From a virus (lineage: Duplodnaviria; Caudoviricetes), in IMG/VR virus record IMGVR_UViG_3300042294_000789, positions 1-24,266 of that record: a stretch of 24,266 nt of DNA; one strand, 5' to 3'. Of this stretch, positions 16,544 to 22,985 are shown one piece after another (position 1 is the first letter of the stretch; each line of letters begins with the position of its first letter). The position numbers and the translations under genes were made by a program. Under the pieces are notes generated by a model, which ran no database searches, was not told where the DNA came from, and saw only the letters and a list, made by a program, of their open reading frames with translations.

Positions 16544-16678
16544 TAGCCACGGCGCCCGGGATAGTGGCTACCGTGGCGCAAGGTGGGTGGTAACCTTAGT
16601 GGACACCCACCGCCGCGCCCCTCCCCTAAAGTCCGGGGCGCTCTTGGGACGGGGGTTCGTAGCGCCCGAAGAACCCCC
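16544..16678. repeat. Array of four GC-rich inverted repeats (7-8 bp arms, 12-14 nt spacers)
   Basis: TAGCCAC/GTGGCTA 16544-16570; GGTGGGTG/CACCCACC 16582-16611; GCGCCCC/GGGGCGC 16615-16641; GGGGGTTC/GAACCCCC 16651-16678. Confidence 0.8.
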
Positions 16679-16896
16679 TATATATATATATCCTCGTTTT
16701 TTCTGGTTTTTCGGACACCAAAAAACAAAACTTAACCAAATCGTTACAATTAAATACTACCAAACCAGGGTAAAATAGGACAAACCTCAACCACACATGT
16801 AGAGTCAACAATGACAATATCAGACATAACCAAACCCCCCTTATATATATGTTAAGTTAACGTCAGTAGTTAAAAAGGAGGGGTCAAGTTTGCGTG

Positions 16897-16947
16897 TTAT
16901 CCACAGGTTTTCCACAGGTTATCCACATATCCACACCGTTATCCACA
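16897..16947 (+). promoter_or_regulatory. Cluster of five co-oriented DnaA boxes
   Basis: TTATCCACA 16897, TTTTCCACA 16908, TTATCCACA 16919, ATATCCACA 16927 and TTATCCACA 16939. Confidence 0.85.
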
Positions 16948-17051
16948 GCATACCCCACCCACTAGGTAGGGAATAGGTCCAATACCCCACAAAGACAGTA
17001 GGAATACAGGGAATACAGGCGTCGGCAGACTAGCCGCGGGGTAGTAGCTCT

Positions 17052-17072
17052 TTGTCCACAGCCTGTGGATAT
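17052..17072. promoter_or_regulatory. Inverted pair of DnaA boxes
   Basis: TTGTCCACA-GCC-TGTGGATAT; TTGTCCACA is the actinobacterial consensus box. Confidence 0.75.
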
Positions 17073-17112
17073 TGGGGTGACGGACACCACATGTGGAGTG
17101 TTGTCGTTGTCC

Positions 17113-17142
17113 TTGACAGGGACAAGGACGACGTGCCATGAT
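17113..17142 (+). promoter_or_regulatory. Sigma-A-type early promoter
   Basis: TTGACA (17113-17118), 18-nt spacer ending in TGC (extended -10), then CATGAT (17137-17142); 46 nt upstream of the first plus-strand gene. Confidence 0.65.
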
Positions 17143-17188
17143 GCTGTCATGCCCTCAAGGTGGGGGTGAGACAGAGAGAGGTGACGGG

Positions 17189-17377
17189 ATGACCACCAGG
17201 GAGATGGCCGGGATGATCGGTCAGGAGTTCGGACTGACGGAGGGACCTTTCCGGTTCCGTGTTCTCGTGGATGACGTGAAGGTGTCTTATGGGACTCCTC
17301 GCGCCTACGTGTCGCCGGTTGGCGGGAGTGGTTGGGCTTGGGTTGCTGCAGATCGCCTGTCAGAGTGGGAGGCGTGA
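17189..17377 (+). CDS. Hypothetical early protein (62 aa)
   Basis: GAGGTG SD then ATG at 17189: MTTREMAGMIGQEF...VRVLVDDVKVSYG-like beta-rich protein. Confidence 0.7.
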   Translation: MTTREMAGMIGQEFGLTEGPFRFRVLVDDVKVSYGTPRAYVSPVGGSGWAWVAADRLSEWEA

Positions 17378-17589
17378 TCATGGACATGTGCCCCAACTAT
17401 GGAGGATACTACAAGGGCGGACCGTTCGGTCGTCGTCCTGGTGCGCTTGCGGAGTCTGCGCTGTTCGCGGCCAATCTGCGTGCGCTGTTCGCGCTCGCGT
17501 CGTGCTCGTATTGTGGCGCGAGGGAGGGTGAGTGGGTTAGCCTGTCGCATGAGCGTGACGGGGTATTTTCGTGTGAGCGTTGCCGCTAG
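17374..17589 (+). CDS. Hypothetical zinc-ribbon protein
   Basis: GTGA overlap with GGAGG SD; CSYC...CERC motif. Confidence 0.6.
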   Translation: MIMDMCPNYGGYYKGGPFGRRPGALAESALFAANLRALFALASCSYCGAREGEWVSLSHERDGVFSCERCR

Positions 17590-17670
17590 GTGACTAGTCT
17601 GGCCCTAGGACGTGTGCCTAGGTCCGGGCGGGCTACCTAGCCTGATCGAACAGACAGAGAGGGGAAGGTC

Positions 17671-17904
17671 GTGAGCATTCGCGCGATCTATGTAAAAGCA
17701 CCCAACGACACTAACGGAAACCCCCGACGTGGCTTCCTGTTCCTGGAAGATGACAGCCCCGCATGGTTCGAGCCGGAGGGATACGGGGGGGTGCATGAGA
17801 TTGCGAGCCATCGCGGGCAATATCTCAAATATGCGATGGAATGTGCGCCAGTCGTGAACGTGACCGCTAGTGAATACAGGAGACTCAAGAAGGACCACGC
17901 CTAG
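17671..17904 (+). CDS. Hypothetical early protein (77 aa)
   Basis: GGAAGG SD; 'APNDTNGNPRR' motif recognised from phage early proteins. Confidence 0.7.
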   Translation: MSIRAIYVKAPNDTNGNPRRGFLFLEDDSPAWFEPEGYGGVHEIASHRGQYLKYAMECAPVVNVTASEYRRLKKDHA

Positions 17905-17986
17905 TCGCCTAGTCTCGTGCCGGGGGTGTATGCTCCCGGCACGGGGCAGGGTGCCTAGCCCTAACCGACAGAGAGAGGATCAGACA

Positions 17987-18229
17987 ATGGCTCAGACATA
18001 CGGAGTGTGGACCCGATTCATTCGCCCGACGGATCGGCGCGGGTCCCGTATCCGCGTGACGTGGGGGAATGACTCCCGTATCGTGTCCTACGATTATGCG
18101 GCACGTAGTGCCCACGAGAGTGCCGTACGTGAGGCTATGGAGGGATGGGGGCAGACTGTCGAGAGTGTGGAGCATGTGTGCCCTACGGAGTCGGGTAGGG
18201 GGAGTGTGTATTCCGTGATTGTGGCCTAG
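17987..18229 (+). CDS. Hypothetical early protein (80 aa)
   Basis: GAGGA SD then ATG at 17987; 'TRFIRPTDRRGSRIRV...YDY...H' resembles a common phage early protein family. Confidence 0.7.
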   Translation: MAQTYGVWTRFIRPTDRRGSRIRVTWGNDSRIVSYDYAARSAHESAVREAMEGWGQTVESVEHVCPTESGRGSVYSVIVA

Positions 18230-18315
18230 TGTCGGCGCGTCGGGGCACCATAGTCCGCTATGGTGTCCCTACGTCCCTACAGTAGGGGCAGGACAGACAG
18301 AGGAAGGATGACGGC

Positions 18316-18471
18316 ATGAATAGTTCGATAACCCTATCGGATGCGGGGGAATGGGTAGTTATTGTGAACGGTCGCCATGTCGGTGGGTTCCGTAGGTTAC
18401 AGGATGCGCGACGCATGGAGGATATAGTTATGAAGGATATCAATGCACAACTAGACAGACAGGAAAACTAA
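18316..18471 (+). CDS. Hypothetical protein (51 aa)
   Basis: Hand-translated: MNSSITLSDAGEWVVIVNGRHVGGFRRLQDARRMEDIVMKDINAQLDRQEN; AAGGA SD and TAATG coupling to the next gene. Confidence 0.65.
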   Translation: MNSSITLSDAGEWVVIVNGRHVGGFRRLQDARRMEDIVMKDINAQLDRQEN

Positions 18472-19010
18472 TGACAACTAAGACGACGGCACGTACCTAC
18501 GTGCGCCGGATGTCTAGGTATCTCGATACGGTGACGCCGTACGACATGGAGCGTGCGGCACAATGGTACAACGATGCCCAGACAGTGGCCCAGGACGTGG
18601 CACAACGACTAGACACTAGCCTAGAGGTAGGCGCGTGTGTTGTGTCATCGTTCTCACCTAGGGTACCGTGGGCCAGGAACATTCTACTAGCGTTAGCGTA
18701 CGCTGATGGTGGCGATACTCCTGGCTTGGGTAACAGTAGGCGCATGGCCGACGCTAGTGTGCGTGCTGGTTTCGATGCACTGAAGGGTCCTAAGACTAAC
18801 GCTTTCGCTCGTGCTATCGCTGGCGATGAGGATGCGGTGGTGGTGGATTCGTGGATGTGTAAGGCGGCGGGTATTGGTAGGGATACGCCTAGTGCGGTGC
18901 AGTATCGCCGCATTAGTGAGGCTATTACTACGCTTGCCCGCCGTCATGGTGTCTCGCCTCGTACGATGCAGGCTTTGATTTGGATTCAAGTACGAGGAAA
19001 GGCCGACTAA
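18471..19010 (+). CDS. HhH DNA-glycosylase-fold-like protein (DUF7178-like)
   Basis: 179 aa; 'WY', 'SPRVPW..N', 'GPKTNAF', 'VVVDSWM' and 'P..MQA.IW' pattern, with Lys and Asp placed as in HhH-GPD enzymes. The fold is inferred. Confidence 0.6.
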   Translation: MTTKTTARTYVRRMSRYLDTVTPYDMERAAQWYNDAQTVAQDVAQRLDTSLEVGACVVSSFSPRVPWARNILLALAYADGGDTPGLGNSRRMADASVRAGFDALKGPKTNAFARAIAGDEDAVVVDSWMCKAAGIGRDTPSAVQYRRISEAITTLARRHGVSPRTMQALIWIQVRGKAD

Positions 19011-19177
19011 TGTGGCCCGATAGCCCGACGAAGGACTGCCCACGATGCAGACACATGCGACAGTACGACGATGACTGCGCGTTGTGTCATGGTGACGGGG
19101 TAGTGGCGTGGAATGTGTACGCTGACGAACCTGAGGAACAGTACGACACGGTAAAGGAATGGAGAGGATGGGCATGA
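19010..19177 (+). CDS. Small zinc-finger protein
   Basis: TAATG-coupled ATG; CPRC...CALCHGDG (DnaJ-like CxxCxGxG). Confidence 0.6.
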   Translation: MWPDSPTKDCPRCRHMRQYDDDCALCHGDGVVAWNVYADEPEEQYDTVKEWRGWA

Positions 19178-19269
19178 GACTGACGGATCGTGGAAAGTTC
19201 GTGGTGACCGTGCTTGTGCTTGTTGTGTTCATTGGTATCTGCTATGTTGAGAGTATCGGCACGATCTAA
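19174..19269 (+). CDS. Small membrane protein (31 aa)
   Basis: MRLTDRGKFVVTVLVLVVFIGICYVESIGTI; ATGA overlap and a single hydrophobic helix. Confidence 0.6.
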   Translation: MRLTDRGKFVVTVLVLVVFIGICYVESIGTI

Positions 19270-19288
19270 CAGAGAGAGGATAGACAGA

Positions 19289-19423
19289 ATGATTGACCAT
19301 ATTTGTTGGACTGACGACACGTACTGCGAGGACTGTGGCGTGGTGGATGTACGTCAGGCCATGCTGAACTACATCAACGCTTTCGAGCAGACTTTCGGTA
19401 GCATCCACAAGAGGGTACGCTGA
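19289..19423 (+). CDS. Hypothetical protein (44 aa)
   Basis: GAGGA SD; H.C...CEDC motif. Confidence 0.55.
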   Translation: MIDHICWTDDTYCEDCGVVDVRQAMLNYINAFEQTFGSIHKRVR

Positions 19424-19539
19424 TGGGTATTTACCTTGGTAACATGCAGTGCATTCACTGCGAGACAATACTGACAGACACAACTACGGTAGCGTGCGAG
19501 TCATGCTACCTCAACGGAACAGAAGGAGAAACAGAATGA
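19423..19539 (+). CDS. Small zinc-ribbon protein (38 aa)
   Basis: MGIYLGNMQCIHCETILTDTTTVACESCYLNGTEGETE; coupled at both ends. Confidence 0.55.
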   Translation: MGIYLGNMQCIHCETILTDTTTVACESCYLNGTEGETE

Positions 19540-19865
19540 TATTCCACATGATGTACGACGAGGTTAATGGTGAGCCGAAGATTCTGATGGAAGTTGAGGC
19601 CCGTGAGATAAACAATCTCAGCATCGCCATGCACTACAGTGTGCAACGCAACATCGAATGGCTCGCAACCCAGGACAAGGACGAGCATTTCCCGTACAAG
19701 ATCGCTGCGTTCTCCGATATCGCTGCCCTTGATGGTGCCATGTCGTCTGCGTCGCAGAAACTATGGGAAGAATGGGAAACGTGGGATCAGTCGGATGGTA
19801 TCTGTGATGACTGCATCCATGCCATGATTGACAACGAGACAGAGAAGGAGACTGAGAGTGAGTAA
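19536..19865 (+). CDS. Acidic hypothetical protein (109 aa)
   Basis: AAGGAG SD with ATGA overlap; acidic C-terminus containing CDDC. Confidence 0.65.
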   Translation: MIFHMMYDEVNGEPKILMEVEAREINNLSIAMHYSVQRNIEWLATQDKDEHFPYKIAAFSDIAALDGAMSSASQKLWEEWETWDQSDGICDDCIHAMIDNETEKETESE

Positions 19866-20076
19866 GCAGCAGGACGCATACGTGGCACAGTTACTTGGCC
19901 GTGTCATGCACCACTCGTGGTGTGACCACAAGAACAGCACCCCACGCAAATACCCATACGTGGATGCCGGTTCACAGGACTACGCGAACATCGCGGTACG
20001 CCTACTTGGGTACGACGAGGAAGCCATTAGCGAGTTGGAAGGTGAACTGCGTAGGCTGGGTGATGACGTTGATTAG
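19858..20076 (+). CDS. Hypothetical protein (72 aa)
   Basis: AAGGAG SD then GTG at 19858. Confidence 0.6.
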   Translation: MSKQQDAYVAQLLGRVMHHSWCDHKNSTPRKYPYVDAGSQDYANIAVRLLGYDEEAISELEGELRRLGDDVD

Positions 20077-20209
20077 GGTGAAGGTGCACGGCACTGACGT
20101 GATCCCCGAGTACTACCATTTCGATACTGACGAGGAAGTGGTGACGTGGCTGGTGAACAACACGTCGGACAGTATCAAGGAGATCAGTGTTAGCGTGGTG
20201 GCAGTATGA
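20063..20209 (+). CDS. Hypothetical protein (48 aa)
   Basis: Fills the gap between overlapping neighbours, with ATGA overlap into whiB. Confidence 0.5.
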   Translation: MTLIRVKVHGTDVIPEYYHFDTDEEVVTWLVNNTSDSIKEISVSVVAV

Positions 20210-20484
20210 TCAACTATCTGAGAGTGCCGTGGGATCAGGCAGCGTGCCGTGGCCTGGACACTGAACTGTTCTTCATCGAGGAAGGCAACATCGCTGCCGC
20301 CATGCAACCCACGTTGCGTGAAGTGTGCAACAGTTGCCCCATACTGGATCAGTGTTTCGACTACGCAATCAACGAGAGCCCCACGGTCTACGGTTTCTGG
20401 GCTGGCACCACGACAAGGGACAGGGAGAAGTACCGTTCTAGTGCCCGCAAGCGGGCATGGAGGGAGCATAGACGTGCGTCCTAA
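20206..20484 (+). CDS. whiB: WhiB-family Fe-S transcription factor
   Basis: W..AAC.G.D.ELFF, CxxC-x5-C, G[FIV]W[AG]G turn (YGFWAGTT) and a basic C-terminus. Confidence 0.93.
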   Translation: MINYLRVPWDQAACRGLDTELFFIEEGNIAAAMQPTLREVCNSCPILDQCFDYAINESPTVYGFWAGTTTRDREKYRSSARKRAWREHRRAS

Positions 20485-20755
20485 AGTATCAGAAATCAGA
20501 AAGATAACAGCCCTACTAGACAGACAATGGAGCGACGTAGACGAACTAGCAAAAACAGTACTGTCCGAAGCATTCGACATGGCTGGAGAACGTGACCAGT
20601 GGGTCGTGATCATGCAGGATGATAGGCTTGGCACGTTCGTGTTCGGCCCGTACGAAACAGAGAACAAGGCACGCAAGGCGATAGGCACGGAGATCGTTTC
20701 ACCTGGCCCTGACCCTGCCCGTGGACTTGTCCGACGGATTAGGAGAGCAGCATGA
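20474..20755 (+). CDS. Hypothetical protein (93 aa)
   Basis: GGGAG SD then GTG at 20474; 'FGPY.T...A.KA' motif. Confidence 0.65.
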   Translation: MRPKVSEIRKITALLDRQWSDVDELAKTVLSEAFDMAGERDQWVVIMQDDRLGTFVFGPYETENKARKAIGTEIVSPGPDPARGLVRRIRRAA

Positions 20756-21132
20756 TCGAGGCACTATTCATGGTCCCAACCGACAACATACCGGAGTACA
20801 AGGTTCCTGCCGTGTACCGTGAGTACGAGCGGTGCGTTGCCGAGCGTGAGTCGAACAGCCGACCCGAAGCGGTGTCGCCTAGCGGTAAGTACCGTGGCAT
20901 GTACCAGTTCGATGAGCCGTTGAAGGACGGCACCACCTACCACATTGTGGATTGGTTGGCGACGTGGCATCCGCAACCTAGGAAGTACGCTGCCGTGCTG
21001 CGTGACACACCGATGAACAAGTGGCCTCGTGAGGTGCAGACTGCAGCGTTTGTTGCCGTGTTAGATGGTCACGACAAGGGCATTCGGTGGTATGGTAGGG
21101 ATCATTTCAAGGGAGGCAGGTGGTCCTGTTAG
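20752..21132 (+). CDS. Lysozyme-like lytic transglycosylase (Rpf-like domain)
   Basis: 'CVAERES' catalytic Glu motif, 'AVSPSGKYRGMYQF', 'Q..A' and a C-terminal W.C. Confidence 0.75.
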   Translation: MIEALFMVPTDNIPEYKVPAVYREYERCVAERESNSRPEAVSPSGKYRGMYQFDEPLKDGTTYHIVDWLATWHPQPRKYAAVLRDTPMNKWPREVQTAAFVAVLDGHDKGIRWYGRDHFKGGRWSC

Positions 21133-21579
21133 ATGGGGAAACGTGGTAAACAACCAGTTCCGGTGAAGGATAGACTCATGTCCAAGATCATCGTTGATGA
21201 TAGTGGATGTTGGGTTTGGCAAGGAACTAAAATGAAATCTGGATACGGTGTTATATCACTTCCAAAATCATACAGTAAATCTACGTCCGTTGCCCACAGG
21301 GTGAGTTGGGAAGTGTTTGTTGGCCCGATACCAGACAGCATGGTGCTGGATCATTTGTGTGGCAATCGTGCCTGCATAAATGTAGAACATTTGGAAGTGA
21401 CAACGTTTGGAGAAAACACCAGAAGGGCTCAGTTGAAACACCCGAACAGGAAAAAAACACACTGTCCTAAGGGTCACCCGTATGATGGTGACAACCTAAA
21501 GATGTACGGAGAGAGGAGGAGATGTCGTGCTTGCGCTAATGAAGCGACTGTTGCGTGGCGAGAGAAGCAAAATCTCTAG
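21133..21579 (+). CDS. HNH homing endonuclease
   Basis: 'GCWVWQG...GYG...AHRVSWE...GPIP...LDHLC.NRAC.N.EHLE.T..EN' plus C-terminal 'KTHCPKGHPY...RRCRAC'; AT-richer than its flanks. Confidence 0.92.
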   Translation: MGKRGKQPVPVKDRLMSKIIVDDSGCWVWQGTKMKSGYGVISLPKSYSKSTSVAHRVSWEVFVGPIPDSMVLDHLCGNRACINVEHLEVTTFGENTRRAQLKHPNRKKTHCPKGHPYDGDNLKMYGERRRCRACANEATVAWREKQNL

Positions 21580-21850
21580 TATTTTCAACGGTTTTTCGAC
21601 ACACCCACTGCCGTGGATGCAGCACCTCGCTGCCGTGGATAACCGTGCAGACTACCGTGGTGTCCCCACCTACGTCTGCCCTTGTGGGTACGACATGTTC
21701 CTCATCGCCACTAGGTTTGATGAGACGCAGATGCCAGCGTGGTACCTGCTGGATGGTGTGTGTGCGTCGTGCGGTGCACTCGTCACGGTGCCTTGCCCTG
21801 CGGACGGTGATGACCCACTGGAGGTGAACGATGACATGTCGCTCATGTAA
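21527..21850 (+). CDS. Zinc-ribbon hypothetical protein
   Basis: AGGAG SD inside the HNH gene; 'DYRGVPTYVCPCG...CASCG...PCP.D'. Confidence 0.65.
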   Translation: MLALMKRLLRGERSKISSIFNGFSTHPLPWMQHLAAVDNRADYRGVPTYVCPCGYDMFLIATRFDETQMPAWYLLDGVCASCGALVTVPCPADGDDPLEVNDDMSLM

Positions 21851-22001
21851 GACAGCGAACCTGATCAATGAGCGTGGCATCGCACACATGGGTAAGGGTG
21901 AGTTGCGTGCAGCGCAGACAGCATTCACGCAGGCGGAGTTCATGCACGAGGAGTGCCTTGGTAGGTGCGATTGTGGTCACAAGATTGGGGAGGAACAGTG
22001 A
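21831..22001 (+). CDS. Small Cys/His-rich protein (56 aa)
   Basis: GGAGGTG SD; MTCRSC...HEEC.G.CDCGH; GTGA overlap with the next gene. Confidence 0.65.
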   Translation: MTCRSCKTANLINERGIAHMGKGELRAAQTAFTQAEFMHEECLGRCDCGHKIGEEQ

Positions 22002-22324
22002 AGATCCGTATTACTGGTTTCGCTATGGCAACAGCGGACGTGCGTACGTTGGGTGACTTGCGTGAGTTTGTTCGATGGCTGGACAAACACAACGTGTCTG
22101 ACCACCGTGAGGTGGAGGCTGGTGAGGTGATGTACGTGTCGCTGCAGGACACGACTGACGGTGACACTGCAGAGTTCATTGAGTGTGGTGACCACATCCC
22201 ACCGGACAAGGCGTTTGACGTGTTGATGAACACACACAAGCACATGGAAGAACCACCGAAGGACATTCCACAGTTTGATTGGGTTACCCTTGATAGGTAT
22301 AACGATTTTGGGAGGCCGGAGTGA
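21998..22324 (+). CDS. Hypothetical protein (108 aa)
   Basis: GGAGG SD then GTG at 21998. Confidence 0.65.
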   Translation: MKIRITGFAMATADVRTLGDLREFVRWLDKHNVSDHREVEAGEVMYVSLQDTTDGDTAEFIECGDHIPPDKAFDVLMNTHKHMEEPPKDIPQFDWVTLDRYNDFGRPE

Positions 22325-22560
22325 GCGAAGGATTTATATCCATCAAAGATCACAATGATGCGCTGGATGAATGTGCTTCTACATACCGCCAACTAGGACA
22401 ACTGATCGGACAAAAGCAAATGCGTGATGCCTGCATGTCAGCAGTTGAAAATATTCCATACATTACTGATAAGCGTTGGGTTGATACCGCTCCCATTACT
22501 GTGGAAGAATACAGAAAGCATGTGCTGTCGGCTTTGGATAAAATAATGAGGCCGGAGTGA
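22321..22560 (+). CDS. Hypothetical protein (79 aa) flanked by 13-bp direct repeats
   Basis: GTGA overlap; AT-richer than neighbours; GAGGCCGGAGTGA at both ends. Confidence 0.65.
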   Translation: MSEGFISIKDHNDALDECASTYRQLGQLIGQKQMRDACMSAVENIPYITDKRWVDTAPITVEEYRKHVLSALDKIMRPE

Positions 22561-22652
22561 AACAGTTCTACGGCAAGTGGAAGTTCTCTAAGAAGCGTAA
22601 CGCTTGGGTGTGGAAGTGGAAGAAACGGAAGGTGAAGAAGCGTGAGGATTGA
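22557..22652 (+). CDS. Lys/Trp-rich micropeptide (31 aa)
   Basis: MKQFYGKWKFSKKRNAWVWKWKKRKVKKRED; GTGA overlap with SD. Confidence 0.5.
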   Translation: MKQFYGKWKFSKKRNAWVWKWKKRKVKKRED

Positions 22653-22725
22653 CCCTATCGTGATGCTCGCTGCTATCGGTGTGGCTGCTGCTGTTCTGTC
22701 CATATTTATTTTGGTGTTGCTATGA
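22642..22725 (+). CDS. Membrane micropeptide (27 aa)
   Basis: MRIDPIVMLAAIGVAAAVLSIFILVLL; ATGA overlap with the next gene. Confidence 0.45.
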   Translation: MRIDPIVMLAAIGVAAAVLSIFILVLL

Positions 22726-22985
22726 CCCACGACCCGCTGTGTCCCTTCAATCCGACCGCGACCGAACCCGTGGGTCCGATGGGGCCGGACATGAACGTCG
22801 GCCCGAAGTGCCAGTGCAACTTGATCGCCCGTGTCCGTGCGGATGAGCGTGCCGCTGCCCTACGGGATGCGGTGGAAGCGGTAAAGGGATTTGTGGACAG
22901 GTTCAGCAGTCCGTACACAGAAGTCAGATATGTGCATCCAGCCTACTTTATCGAAGCGATTGAGGCGTTAGGCAGTGAGCGATGA
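22722..22985 (+). CDS. Hypothetical protein (87 aa)
   Basis: 'MTHDPLC...CQC.LIARVRADER' pattern; coupled at both ends. Confidence 0.65.
   Translation: MTHDPLCPFNPTATEPVGPMGPDMNVGPKCQCNLIARVRADERAAALRDAVEAVKGFVDRFSSPYTEVRYVHPAYFIEAIEALGSER

Noticed and set aside
16544-16678. CRISPR-like mini array
   Set aside because: The period is similar, but the units share no direct-repeat sequence and there are no cas genes.
16369-17139. Short ORFs in the divergent intergenic region, including a possible terS
   Set aside because: No SD, low-complexity translations, and they overlap hairpins, TA runs and DnaA boxes.
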